From a virus, in the UHGV virus genome UHGV-1709880: 10,367 bases of DNA; one strand, written 5' to 3'. The notes under the pieces are model-generated. The model worked only from the letters and a program-made list of their open reading frames with translations, was not told the DNA's origin and did no database searches. The stretch's first letter is position 1. Each line of letters begins with the position of its first letter. The translations under genes were made by a program, and so were the position numbers. Below, piece by piece: positions 1-8,200 of this stretch.

Positions 1-210
1 ACAACGCGCGGCGCTCTTTACTCGTTCGTCTACAACGTGGGTGCTGGCAATTTCAGAACATCGACGCTTCTTCGCAAAATAAACCAGGGTGATATTAAAG
101 GCGCATGTGATCAGCTACGGCGCTGGACATACGCTGGCGGTAATCAATGGAAAGGACTGATGACTCGCCGTGAGATTGAGCGTGAAGTCTGTTTGTGGGG
201 GAAACAATGA
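1..210 (+). CDS. 19: Endolysin, phage lysozyme (GH24, T4 e / P22 gp19 type); 5'-truncated by the window edge, C-terminal ~69 aa present
   Basis: Frame 1 is open from position 1 to TGA at 208-210 and translates to ...[63 protein letters not shown], which I recognise as the conserved C-terminus of P22-type lysozyme. The stop overlaps the downstream Rz start (ATGA), as is typical of lysis cassettes. Confidence 0.85.
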   Translation, partial: TTRGALYSFVYNVGAGNFRTSTLLRKINQGDIKGACDQLRRWTYAGGNQWKGLMTRREIEREVCLWGKQ

Positions 211-665
211 GCAGAGTAACCGCGATTATCTCCGCTCTGGTTATCTGCATCATCGTCTGCCTGTCATTGGCTGTTAATCATTACCGTGATAACGCAATCG
301 CCTACAAAGAGCAGCGCGATAACAAGGCCAGTGAACTGGAGAAGGCGAACGCCACCATCGCTGACATGCGGAAGCGTCAACGTGATGTAGCAGAACTCGA
401 CGCAAGATACACAAAGGAGCTTGCTGATGCTAACGCGACTATCGAAAGTCTCCGTGCTGATGTTTCTGCTGGGCGTAAGCGCCTGCAAGTCGCCGCCACC
501 TGTGCAAAGTCAACGACCGGAGCCAGCGGCATGGGCGATGGAGAAAGCCCAAGACTTACAGCAGATGCTGAACTCAATTATTACCGTCTCCGAAGTGGAA
601 TCGACAGAATAACCGCGCAGGTTAACTACCTGCAGGAATACATCAGGACGCAATGCCTTCGATGA
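207..665 (+). CDS. rz: Rz i-spanin (inner-membrane spanin subunit), 152 aa
   Basis: ATG at 207 gives [93 protein letters not shown]...: an N-terminal transmembrane helix followed by a coiled-coil periplasmic domain, closely resembling lambda/P22 Rz. The ORF track begins at GTG 195, but the ATG at 207 matches the family N-terminus (MSRVTAI...). Confidence 0.9.
   Translation: MSRVTAIISALVICIIVCLSLAVNHYRDNAIAYKEQRDNKASELEKANATIADMRKRQRDVAELDARYTKELADANATIESLRADVSAGRKRLQVAATCAKSTTGASGMGDGESPRLTADAELNYYRLRSGIDRITAQVNYLQEYIRTQCLR
427..612 (+). CDS. rz1: Rz1 o-spanin (outer-membrane lipoprotein spanin subunit), embedded in the +1 frame of rz
   Basis: A strong RBS (AAGGAG at 414-419) sits 7 nt before ATG 427. 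Translation [46 protein letters not shown]... has a lipoprotein signal with lipobox VSAC and a proline-rich mature region, the hallmark of Rz1. It lies entirely inside rz in a different frame, the classic embedded spanin architecture. Confidence 0.8.
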   Translation: MLTRLSKVSVLMFLLGVSACKSPPPVQSQRPEPAAWAMEKAQDLQQMLNSIITVSEVESTE

Positions 666-839
666 TAGCGATAATTTTACTCATCATCCTTCACATCTGG
701 CTCTGTAGACAGGGTGGTGATCACTTCTGGAGTGAATCCAGATTAAACATCTCATTGCTGATGCTTGATATTGAGCATCTGGCGCGCAGTAAGGGGCTGC
801 GTTGAGATAAGAGCCAGTTCATTACAAATACCAGGATTT

Positions 840-864
840 AGCCTCGCATTCGCGGGGCTTTTTA
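840..864 (+). terminator. Candidate intrinsic terminator in the rz-rha intergenic region
   Basis: GC-rich hairpin GCCTCGC (841-847) / GCGGGGC (852-858) with loop ATTC and one G-U wobble, followed by TTTTT (859-863). Confidence 0.45.
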
Positions 865-873
865 TATCTGAAT

Positions 874-901
874 TTCACAGCGCATCTCACGCGCATATTA
901 A
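874..901 (+). promoter_or_regulatory. Possible sigma70-like promoter for the rha transcript
   Basis: TTCACA (874-879), 16-bp spacer, TATTAA (896-901). It lies just downstream of the candidate terminator and about 105 bp upstream of the rha ATG. Weak match to consensus; by eye only. Confidence 0.2.
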
Positions 902-1007
902 CGAGAGCCTTTCAGTAAGCGAGCCTGAGAAATGCCGTTATAGGTGGCGACCTCTCTCGGGCGGCTTTTCTGTGAGACAGGCTCACTTTCTAAAAGGTAA
1001 AGACGCT

Positions 1008-1532
1008 ATGAATAATCATTCAGTTATTCCAGCCTTCGACTTCCGAGAAATGGTGCAAGCCAAAAACGGAGAGGTCGTTACCACATCCAGAAAAATTGCC
1101 AAGTACTTCGGCAAGCGACACGGTGATGTTCTCAGGAAAATCGAGCAGGTTAAGGCTGATTGCTCGCGTGAGTTTAGCCAACGCAATTTTGCGTCGGCTG
1201 ATTATATCGATGAGCAGGGCAAGGTTCGCCCGATGTACAGCCTGACGAAAGATGGCTGGATCATGGTTGTGATGGGGTTCACCGGGAAAGCTGCTGCGGC
1301 AATCAAGGAGAGCTATATCGCAGCATTCAACTGGATGGCAGAGCAACTGAGCCGCCGCATGGCAATTGGCGAAGAAATGCAGCACCGCTACGCCATCAAA
1401 GAAACACGCTCAAAGCTGAAAGGTACGATCGGCAGTCGGTTAATGAACGAACGGAAGAAAGAGAAGCGTGTCCTGGCTGTCGAGCATGAATACATCTTGC
1501 AGGTGACGCAGCCCGAATTGCTGATTAATTGA
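1008..1532 (+). CDS. rha: Rha-family phage regulatory protein (Phage_pRha-like N-terminal domain), 174 aa
   Basis: First ATG in the open frame, preceded by AAAAGG. Translation MNNHSVIPAFDFREMVQAKNGEVVTTSRKIAKYFGKRHGDVLRKIEQVKADCSREFSQRNFASADYIDEQGKVRPMYSLTKDGWIMVVMGF... carries the characteristic Rha motif (TSR.IA..FGKRH.DVLR.I). Its position between lysis and terminase genes matches the rha slot (orf201) of P22-like phages. The upstream extension of the ORF (765-1007) has no ATG and contains the terminator hairpin. Confidence 0.75.
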   Translation: MNNHSVIPAFDFREMVQAKNGEVVTTSRKIAKYFGKRHGDVLRKIEQVKADCSREFSQRNFASADYIDEQGKVRPMYSLTKDGWIMVVMGFTGKAAAAIKESYIAAFNWMAEQLSRRMAIGEEMQHRYAIKETRSKLKGTIGSRLMNERKKEKRVLAVEHEYILQVTQPELLIN

Positions 1533-1545
1533 AGATGCCATCACA

Positions 1546-1567
1546 AAGCCCATCTACGGGTGGGCTT
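1546..1567 (+). other. Stem-loop immediately after the rha stop (possible terminator or RNA-stability element, no U-tract)
   Basis: AAGCCCA (1546-1552) / TGGGCTT (1561-1567), 8-nt loop, followed by GATAATG. Same architecture as the hairpin at 2143-2168. Confidence 0.3.
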
Positions 1568-1762
1568 GATAATGAAACCGGAATTTATTCTGGGCAACCA
1601 GTTACGGCAGTACAGCGAAACAACCCAAGCCAGTAAGTGGGGAAATAACACTGTCAGCCACTGAAAGATGAACCTCCAGCCTTATGGCAAAAAAGATTCT
1701 TTGTGGTGGCGGACTGATGGAAAGACATCCTAATCAAGCAACCACTCTACAGGGTCATAATT

Positions 1763-2134
1763 ATGAACGACCAGCAAATCGAAAAAGAAATCGTTGAGAA
1801 AGGCAAAACGGCACCGCGAGTTACGCCAGACCATATCGAAGGAATTATTGCTCAGGAGGCATATTTCACAGCAGAGGATGGTGCCTTTGGCAAAGCCATA
1901 AAAGAGAAACATACTGGCGGAGAGGTAAACTACCAGCCGCACGAATCACTTTCTCTGCTGACGTTCTGCGTCCTGGTGCTGCGCAACGGCTTCACCGTCA
2001 CCGGAGAGAGTGCCTGTGCAAGTCCGGAAAATTTTGATGCAGAAATTGGTCGGAAGATTGCCCGGCAGAATGCTGTAAACAAAATCTGGATGCTCGAAGG
2101 TTACTTGCTGAAGCAGAAGCTAAGCGAACAGTAG
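1763..2134 (+). CDS. Hypothetical phage protein, 123 aa; possibly Gp49/Sf6-Gp66-like family (unverified)
   Basis: ATG 1763 with AGGG about 9 nt upstream. Translation MNDQQIEKEIVEKGKTAPRVTPDHIEGIIAQEAYFTAEDGAFGKAIKEKHTGGEVNYQPHESLSLLTFCVLVLRNGFTVTGESACASPENFDAEIGRKIARQNAVNKIWMLEGYLLKQKLSEQ. Same strand and operon context as the flanking phage genes. The family assignment is from memory of small phage proteins found between lysis and terminase genes, not from a search. Confidence 0.6.
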   Translation: MNDQQIEKEIVEKGKTAPRVTPDHIEGIIAQEAYFTAEDGAFGKAIKEKHTGGEVNYQPHESLSLLTFCVLVLRNGFTVTGESACASPENFDAEIGRKIARQNAVNKIWMLEGYLLKQKLSEQ

Positions 2135-2142
2135 TTATTACA

Positions 2143-2168
2143 AAAGCCATTCCTTACTGAGTGGCTTT
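2143..2168 (+). other. Stem-loop immediately after the 123-aa ORF stop (second copy of the hairpin + GATAATG motif)
   Basis: AAAGCCA (2143-2149) / TGGCTTT (2162-2168), 12-nt loop, followed by GATAATGG (2169-2176). Confidence 0.3.
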
Positions 2169-2190
2169 GATAATGGCTTATACCCTACAC

Positions 2191-2216
2191 GGGATAACTT
2201 AACTGATATCCCTTTT
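2191..2216 (+). terminator. Weak terminator-like hairpin upstream of the 80-aa ORF
   Basis: GGGATA (2191-2196) / TATCCC (2207-2212), 10-nt loop, then TTTT (2213-2216). Confidence 0.25.
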
Positions 2217-2237
2217 AACGGATAAACGGAGCCAACA

Positions 2238-2480
2238 ATGGCAGAGATTATTCCCATGACTGAAGAACAGAAATTCCAGTTAGAGATTTACAAGCTGGTC
2301 ATGAACCAGAACGCAGCCGCAGAAGAAGCATTTCAGTTCATTGGTACTGACGAGCTGAAGCTTGAGCTATTCAAAATTCACTTCCAGTCAGGCGGCGCTA
2401 ATTCAGATATCACGACCCGCACTATCGAAGCGGTGCGTAAATCGAAGGAAGCGTTAGACCTGTTCACCGCTGGAGTGTGA
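2238..2480 (+). CDS. Hypothetical small acidic protein, 80 aa (size and position resemble orf80 of P22-like phages)
   Basis: ATG 2238 with GGAG about 8 nt upstream. Translation MAEIIPMTEEQKFQLEIYKLVMNQNAAAEEAFQFIGTDELKLELFKIHFQSGGANSDITTRTIEAVRKSKEALDLFTAGV. Stop TGA at 2478-2480 is 1 nt from the next ATG (2482), implying translational coupling. Confidence 0.6.
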   Translation: MAEIIPMTEEQKFQLEIYKLVMNQNAAAEEAFQFIGTDELKLELFKIHFQSGGANSDITTRTIEAVRKSKEALDLFTAGV

Positions 2481-2481
2481 T

Positions 2482-2871
2482 ATGGCTAAGGCCAAATGGC
2501 ACAAACTCCCGGCGTTCACCATTCCGCTGTTTCAAAGTGCACACGTCTACCTCGCAACAACCAGAGAACAGTTTCAGCACGCTGATAAATTCCTTGGCGG
2601 CAGCGGGGATGAGAAGCCATTCAATCTTGGGCTTGCAAGCAGCTATGAAAACACTGATACGGGTGAGCGATGCTATCTGATTGGAGTATTCGATCAGCAG
2701 ATCGCTACGCTCGTTCATGAGTGCGCCCACGTCTGCTTTTACGTTTGCTCTGATGTCGGCGTGACGACAAGGCCTGAAGATGCCAACGAGACGTACTGTT
2801 ACATGCTGGACAGGATGGTTAATCACTTCCTGCCATTCATTCAGGAGAAACAAGATGCATCACTGGAATAA
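2482..2871 (+). CDS. Hypothetical protein with HExxH motif (possible zinc metallopeptidase-like fold), 129 aa
   Basis: ATG 2482 with GGAG upstream, coupled to the preceding ORF. Translation MAKAKWHKLPAFTIPLFQSAHVYLATTREQFQHADKFLGGSGDEKPFNLGLASSYENTDTGERCYLIGVFDQQIATLVHECAHVCFYVCSDVGVTTRPEDANETYCYMLDRMVNHFLPFIQEKQDASLE. HECAH is at residues 79-83 (nt 2716-2730). The equal-length antisense ORF 2464..2853 has no RBS and no operon logic, so I call the + strand. Confidence 0.6.
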   Translation: MAKAKWHKLPAFTIPLFQSAHVYLATTREQFQHADKFLGGSGDEKPFNLGLASSYENTDTGERCYLIGVFDQQIATLVHECAHVCFYVCSDVGVTTRPEDANETYCYMLDRMVNHFLPFIQEKQDASLE

Positions 2872-3049
2872 TCAATCCCCTTATTGCCAATGCCAACGCT
2901 GCCCGTGCTGCGGGAAGATTGTTAACCAATTTACTGGCAACAATTTCTTCAAGACTGGTTATGGATATGGTGTTGCGGGTAGCATTAATTGCTCTGGGGC
3001 TGCTGCTGAAACGACATCAAACACAGGCAAGCAGGAAGGAGCTAAGTAA
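2855..3049 (+). CDS. Candidate Cys-rich micro-protein, 64 aa (possible zinc-ribbon); uncertain
   Basis: Strong RBS CAGGAGAAACAAG immediately before ATG 2855. Translation MHHWNNQSPYCQCQRCPCCGKIVNQFTGNNFFKTGYGYGVAGSINCSGAAAETTSNTGKQEGAK has two closely spaced Cys pairs (C..C x2 C.CC). Overlaps the 3' end of the HExxH ORF by 17 nt. An alternative hydrophobic ORF 2919..3110 in another frame cannot be excluded. Confidence 0.3.
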   Translation: MHHWNNQSPYCQCQRCPCCGKIVNQFTGNNFFKTGYGYGVAGSINCSGAAAETTSNTGKQEGAK

Positions 3050-3143
3050 TGGTAATCAACGTTTGTTCAGGCTCTCAGGGCTTCGACAACCCATCCAAAT
3101 TCCGCGATGAATGGGATAAGCAAGCAGAAGGGAAATAATCAAT

Positions 3144-3632
3144 ATGGCAGCACCAAAGGGCAACCGATTTTGGGAGGCCCGCAGTAGTCATGGGCGAAAT
3201 CCTAAATTCGAATCGCCTGAGGCGCTGTGGGCTGCTTGTTGTGAATACTTCGAGTGGGCTGATGATAACCCGTTATGGGAGGGTAAGGTATTTTCATATC
3301 AGGGAGAAATAATTAAGGCTAATGTCCCTAAGATGCGAGCCATGACTATTTCAGGATTGTGTACCTTCCTTGATATCACCAGGCAAACATGGGGAACCTT
3401 CCGGTCAATGGAAGGTTTTTCTGACGTCACATCACGAGCGGAAGACATCATCTACGACCAGAAATTCTCTGGCGCAGCCGCTGACCTTCTCAACGCTAAC
3501 ATCATCGCCCGTGATTTGGGCCTCAAAGAGCAGTCGCAAGTTGAAGACGTGACACCTGATAAGGGAGATCGCGATAAGCGACGCTCTCGTATCAAGGAGC
3601 TATTCAACCGTGGAACTGGACGCGATTCTTGA
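3144..3632 (+). CDS. 3: Terminase small subunit (TerS), P22 gp3-like, 162 aa
   Basis: ATG 3144, RBS GAAGGG upstream. Translation [38 protein letters not shown]...[49 protein letters not shown]. Recognised as the P22-type small terminase by length, termini and position immediately upstream of the large terminase. Confidence 0.88.
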   Translation: MAAPKGNRFWEARSSHGRNPKFESPEALWAACCEYFEWADDNPLWEGKVFSYQGEIIKANVPKMRAMTISGLCTFLDITRQTWGTFRSMEGFSDVTSRAEDIIYDQKFSGAAADLLNANIIARDLGLKEQSQVEDVTPDKGDRDKRRSRIKELFNRGTGRDS

Positions 3633-5109
3633 TAACCTGAGCGACGAAGAGCAAATCGAATTGCTCGAGCTACTCGAAGAAGAAGAAAACTACCGGAACA
3701 CACACCTGCTATATGAATTTACGCCATACAGCAAACAGCGTGAGTTCATCGACGCCGGGCATGACTATCCAGAGCGATGTTTTATGGCTGGTAACCAGCT
3801 TGGTAAGTCATTTACTGGTGCTGCTGAAGTCGCGTTTCACCTTACCGGGCGTTATCCGGGCACAAAAGGCTATCCTGCTGATGGTAAATATGGCGGTGAG
3901 TGGAAAGGTAAGCGTTTCTATGAGCCTGTTGTCTTCTGGATTGGCGGCGAGACAAACGAGACTGTAACCAAAACGACTCAACGCATCCTGTGCGGTCGTA
4001 TCGAAGAGAATGATGAACCTGGCTACGGTTCCATACCGAAAGAAGACATCATTAGCTGGAAGAAGTCTCCTTTCTTTCCGAACCTTGTTGATCATCTTCT
4101 GGTTAAGCATCACACGGCTGATGGCGTTGAAGATGGCATTTCAATCTGCTACTTCAAGCCATACTCGCAAGGCCGTGCTCGCTGGCAGGGTGACACAATC
4201 CACGGCGTGTGGTTTGACGAAGAGCCACCATACAGCATTTATGGTGAAGGTCTTACACGTACCAACAAATACGGGCAATTCTCAATTCTGACGTTTACCC
4301 CGCTGATGGGGATGTCTGACGTTGTTACCAAGTTCCTGAAGAATCCCAGCAAGTCGCAGAAAGTGGTCAACATGACCATCTATGACGCTGAGCACTACAC
4401 CGACGAGCAGAAAGAGCAAATCATCGCATCCTATCCTGAGCATGAGAGAGAGGCGCGTGCTCGCGGTATTCCTACGATGGGTAGCGGGAGAATCTTCCAG
4501 ATACCGGAAGAGACGATTAAGTGTCAGCCGTTCGAGTGCCCTGATCACTTCTACGTAATTGGCGGGATGGATTTCGGATGGGATCACCCACAGGCGCAGG
4601 TTCAGCTTTGGTGGGATAAGGACGCAGACACAATCTACGTTTCACGCGTGTGGAAGGCGAAAGAAAAAACAGCCGTTCAGGCATGGGGAGCCGTTAAATC
4701 ATGGGCGCATAAAGTGCCAACCGCATGGCCTCATGACGGAAACCAGCATGAGAAGGGCGGCGGTGAGCAGCTCAAAGGGCAGTATGCCGACGCTGGTTTT
4801 ATGATGTTGCAGGAGCATGCGACATGGCCTGATGGCGGTAACGCTGTTGAGCCTGGCATCACTGAATTGCGAGACATGATGCTCGACGGTCGCTTCAAAG
4901 TATTCAACACCTGTGAGCCATTCTTTGAGGAGTTCCGCCTCTATCACCGTGATGAAAACGGGAAAATCGTCAAGCTTAACGACGACGTGCTATCCGCCGT
5001 TCGCTATGCATACATGATGCGCCGCTTCGCAAAAATGATGCGCGACATCAAAAAGCCAAAAGAGAAAAAGATACCAGCCCCAATCAGGCCCATCGCACGG
5101 AGAACTTAA
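3610..5109 (+). CDS. 2: Terminase large subunit (TerL; ATPase/nuclease), P22 gp2-like, 499 aa
   Basis: GTG start at 3610 (AAGGAG at 3592-3597), overlapping the terS 3' end by 23 nt. Translation [37 protein letters not shown]...[16 protein letters not shown] (Walker A-like GKS) ... VWFDEEPP (Walker B-like DEE) ... C-terminal nuclease region. Size and sequence match P22 gp2. Confidence 0.95.
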   Translation: MELDAILDNLSDEEQIELLELLEEEENYRNTHLLYEFTPYSKQREFIDAGHDYPERCFMAGNQLGKSFTGAAEVAFHLTGRYPGTKGYPADGKYGGEWKGKRFYEPVVFWIGGETNETVTKTTQRILCGRIEENDEPGYGSIPKEDIISWKKSPFFPNLVDHLLVKHHTADGVEDGISICYFKPYSQGRARWQGDTIHGVWFDEEPPYSIYGEGLTRTNKYGQFSILTFTPLMGMSDVVTKFLKNPSKSQKVVNMTIYDAEHYTDEQKEQIIASYPEHEREARARGIPTMGSGRIFQIPEETIKCQPFECPDHFYVIGGMDFGWDHPQAQVQLWWDKDADTIYVSRVWKAKEKTAVQAWGAVKSWAHKVPTAWPHDGNQHEKGGGEQLKGQYADAGFMMLQEHATWPDGGNAVEPGITELRDMMLDGRFKVFNTCEPFFEEFRLYHRDENGKIVKLNDDVLSAVRYAYMMRRFAKMMRDIKKPKEKKIPAPIRPIARRT

Positions 5110-7275
5110 ATGGCCGACGAAAACAGACTCAATTCCATTCTGTGTAAGTTTGACGCAGACTGGATGGCGAGCGATGAAGCCAGAACCGAGGCGACAAATG
5201 ACCTGTATTTTAGCCGAGTGTCGCAATGGGATGACTGGCTATCAAACTACACCACCCTGCAATATCGCGGACAATTCGATGTTGTCCGCCCGGTGGTCAG
5301 GAAGTTGGTCGCAGAGATGCGCCGGAACCCTATCGACGTTCTCTTCCGACCAAAAGACGGTGCTAATCCTGATGCAGCCGATGTGTTGATGGGGATGTAT
5401 CGTACTGATATGCGCCATAACACGGCAAAAATTGCCGTTAACATTGGCGTTCGTGAGCAGATAGAGTCCGGCGTTGGTGCATGGCGTCTGGTCACGCAGT
5501 ACGAAGACAACGATCCAACAAGCAACAATCAGGTAATTCGACGCCTGCCAATTCATGAAGCCTGCTCACACGTCATATGGGACGCCAACAGCAAGCAGAT
5601 GGATAAGAGCGACGCTAAGCACTGCACGGTGATTAACGCCTTGTCGCGCAATGGCTGGAAAGAGTTTGCAGAGGATTACGGTATTGATCCGGACACCTTG
5701 CCATCTTTCCAGAATCCGAACGATACATGGCTGTTTCCGTGGGTATCGAATGATGTCGTCTACGTCGCTGAGTATTACGAGGTCGAAGAGAAGAAAGAGA
5801 AAGTCTTCATCTACCGCGACCCGCTGACAGGTGAGCCGGTAAGCTATTACCAGCAGGATATCAAAGACGTCATCGACGACCTGGCTAATCGTGGATTCAT
5901 TAAGGTAGCAGAGCGCAAGGTGAAGCGTCGGCGTGTGTATAAGTCGATCATCACCTGTACGCAGATACTGAAAGACCGCGAGAAGATAGCCGGAGAGCAT
6001 ATTCCAATCGTTCCAGTGTATGGTGAATGGTCATTCGCTGGTGACAAGGAGTGCTACGAAGGAGTGGTAAGGCTGACGAAAGACGGTCAACGCCTTCGTA
6101 ACATGATCATGTCGTTCAACGCCGATATTGTTGCTCGTTCACCGAAGAAGAAACCGACCTTCTTCCCTGAGCAAATCGAAGGCTACGAATACATGTACGG
6201 TGGAAATGATGACTATCCGTACTATCTGCAGAACAGGACCGATGAAAACGGTAACGACCTGCCGATTGGTCCAATCTCCTACATGGAAAACCCTGAAGTG
6301 CCGCAAGCCAACGCTTACATGCTTGAGGCTGCCACCAACGCAGTGAAAGAGGTGGCTAGTCTTGGCGTGGATGCGCAGGCAGCAAACTCTCAGGTCGCTT
6401 TCGATACTGTCAATCAACTGAACATGCGAGCAGACCTTGAGACATATGTGTTTCAGGATAACCTGGCTACCGCAATGCGACGTGATGGCGAGATTTATGC
6501 CTCAATGGTCAACGATATTTATGACGTTCCTCGTCATGTAACGCTGACACTTGAAGATGGTAGCGAGAAAGACGTTCAACTCTACGCGCAAGTTGTCGAT
6601 TACCAGTCCGGTAATGTGGTCACACTCAACGACATTCGCGGTCGCTATGAGTGCTATACAGACGTTGGACCATCCTTCCAGAGTATGAAGGAACAGAACC
6701 GCGCAGAGATTCAGGAGTTACTCACCAAGGTTCCACAAGGTACTCCAGAGTTCCAGATGCTGATGCTGCAATACTTCACGCTGCTTGATGGTAAAGGCGT
6801 CGAGATGATGCGAGAGTACGCGAACAAGCAACTGGTGATGATGGGGCTGAAGAAACCAGAAACACCTGAAGAGATGGAGATGGTACAGCAGGCTCAACAG
6901 CAGCCGCAGCAGCCATCAGCAGAGCAAATTCAGGCGCAGGGTATCCTTCTGCAAGGTCAGGCTGAATTGCTCAAGGCAGAGAACCAACAGGCGCAGATTC
7001 AGGTTGAAGCCGCCAAGGTTGAAGCCCAAAACCAACTCAACGCCGCGAAGATTGCGGAAATCTTCAACAATATGGACCTCGACAAGCAGGCAGAACTGCG
7101 TGAGTACCTCAAGCTCGTAGGTCAATTCCAGCAACAGCGCAGCAAAGATGCTCGTGCTAACGCTGAGCTGCTTCTTAAAGATGCAGACCAGACTCATTCA
7201 CAACGCATGGATTTCGCGAATCTTATGCGTCAAGTTCAAATCCCCTCCGGCGGAGTAGCCGAGACACCTCAATAA
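5110..7275 (+). CDS. 1: Portal protein, P22 gp1-like, 721 aa
   Basis: ATG 5110 directly abuts the terL stop (TAAATG). Translation [66 protein letters not shown]... with a long glutamine-rich coiled-coil C-terminal barrel region (...[65 protein letters not shown]...), as in the P22 portal. Confidence 0.95.
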   Translation: MADENRLNSILCKFDADWMASDEARTEATNDLYFSRVSQWDDWLSNYTTLQYRGQFDVVRPVVRKLVAEMRRNPIDVLFRPKDGANPDAADVLMGMYRTDMRHNTAKIAVNIGVREQIESGVGAWRLVTQYEDNDPTSNNQVIRRLPIHEACSHVIWDANSKQMDKSDAKHCTVINALSRNGWKEFAEDYGIDPDTLPSFQNPNDTWLFPWVSNDVVYVAEYYEVEEKKEKVFIYRDPLTGEPVSYYQQDIKDVIDDLANRGFIKVAERKVKRRRVYKSIITCTQILKDREKIAGEHIPIVPVYGEWSFAGDKECYEGVVRLTKDGQRLRNMIMSFNADIVARSPKKKPTFFPEQIEGYEYMYGGNDDYPYYLQNRTDENGNDLPIGPISYMENPEVPQANAYMLEAATNAVKEVASLGVDAQAANSQVAFDTVNQLNMRADLETYVFQDNLATAMRRDGEIYASMVNDIYDVPRHVTLTLEDGSEKDVQLYAQVVDYQSGNVVTLNDIRGRYECYTDVGPSFQSMKEQNRAEIQELLTKVPQGTPEFQMLMLQYFTLLDGKGVEMMREYANKQLVMMGLKKPETPEEMEMVQQAQQQPQQPSAEQIQAQGILLQGQAELLKAENQQAQIQVEAAKVEAQNQLNAAKIAEIFNNMDLDKQAELREYLKLVGQFQQQRSKDARANAELLLKDADQTHSQRMDFANLMRQVQIPSGGVAETPQ

Positions 7276-7288
7276 GAGAGAGTTAACC

Positions 7289-8200
7289 ATGGACCAAACC
7301 ACCGACATTCAGGCTTCTGAAGAATTAACCCTGCCCGGCAATCATGCAGCGGCATCTGCTGATGGCTTAGTTGTCGATAATGCCAACGACAACGCAGGTC
7401 AGGAAGAAGGCTTCGAGATTGTCCTGAAAGACGATGAGAAACCAAAACAAGACCCGGCAACTAATGCTGAATTTGCCCGTCGCCGCATCGAACGCAAACG
7501 CCAGCGTGAGCTTGAGCTGCAGATGGAAGCGGTTAAGCGTGGAGAGTTGCCGGAGCACCTGCGGGTGAACCCTGAGTTACCAAAACAACCAGACCCTAAC
7601 GATTATCTTTCCGAAGATGCACTGGCTAAGTACGACTATGACCAGAGCCGCGCACTGGCTGCCTTCCAGCAAGCAAACAGTGAATGGCAGATCAAGGCTA
7701 TGGACGCACGAAGCCAGGCTGTCGCCGAGCAGGGTCGCAAAACTCAGGAGTTCACCCAGCAATCAGCGCAATACGTCGAGGCAGCCCGTAAGCACTACGA
7801 CGCAGCGGAAAAGCTCAATATCCCTGACTATCAGGAGAAAGAGGATGCATTCATGCAACTGGTGCCGCCAGCAGTCGGTGCCGACATCATGCGCCTCTTC
7901 CCGGAGAAATCCGCTGCTCTCATGTATCACCTTGGTGCTAATCCTGAGAAAACACGCCAGTTGCTGGCGATGGACGGGCAATCCGCACTGATTGAACTCA
8001 CTCGACTGTCAGAACGTTTAACTCTCAAGCCTCGAGCCAAGCCTGTTTCAGAAGCCCCGTTACCTGATGAACCCATTCAGGGACATGCTGTTGCTGCAAA
8101 TATCTCTGCGATTGAAAAGCAGATGGAAGCGGCAGCAAACAAAGGGGATGTAGAGACGTACCGCAAGCTCAAGGCGCAACTGAATAAAGGAATTCGATAA
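7289..8200 (+). CDS. 8: Scaffolding protein, P22 gp8-like, 303 aa
   Basis: ATG 7289 with RBS AGAGAG upstream. Translation [49 protein letters not shown]...[19 protein letters not shown]. Charged, helical, matching the gp8 length and coat-binding C-terminus. Stop overlaps the coat start (TAATG). Confidence 0.92.
   Translation: MDQTTDIQASEELTLPGNHAAASADGLVVDNANDNAGQEEGFEIVLKDDEKPKQDPATNAEFARRRIERKRQRELELQMEAVKRGELPEHLRVNPELPKQPDPNDYLSEDALAKYDYDQSRALAAFQQANSEWQIKAMDARSQAVAEQGRKTQEFTQQSAQYVEAARKHYDAAEKLNIPDYQEKEDAFMQLVPPAVGADIMRLFPEKSAALMYHLGANPEKTRQLLAMDGQSALIELTRLSERLTLKPRAKPVSEAPLPDEPIQGHAVAANISAIEKQMEAAANKGDVETYRKLKAQLNKGIR

Noticed and set aside
195-206. GTG start at 195 for Rz (ORF track)
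   Set aside because: The ATG at 207 gives the canonical Rz N-terminus (MSRVTAI...) and forms the typical ATGA overlap with the endolysin stop.
765-1007. Upstream extension of the rha ORF (ORF track 765..1532, 255 aa)
   Set aside because: The extension starts at a TTG, has no in-frame ATG until 1008, contains the intrinsic-terminator hairpin and promoter-like element, and its translation is unlike any Rha N-terminus. The Rha-family motif begins right after the ATG at 1008.
1571-1663. Short ORFs starting at the ATG of the GATAATG motifs (30 aa at 1571; 9 aa at 2173)
   Set aside because: No RBS and very short. The ATG is more plausibly part of a conserved non-coding motif.
2464-2853. 129-aa minus-strand ORF antisense to the HExxH gene
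   Set aside because: The + strand ORF has an RBS, is translationally coupled to its upstream gene and fits the uniformly + strand operon. The antisense translation looks low-complexity and has no start context.
3808-7197. Numerous 60-144-aa ORFs on both strands inside terL and the portal gene (e.g. 3808..4113 -, 4282..4587 -, 5566..6000 -, 6139..6417 -, 6916..7197 -)
   Set aside because: All lie within confidently identified long genes and are the shadow ORFs expected in GC-balanced enterobacterial phage DNA.
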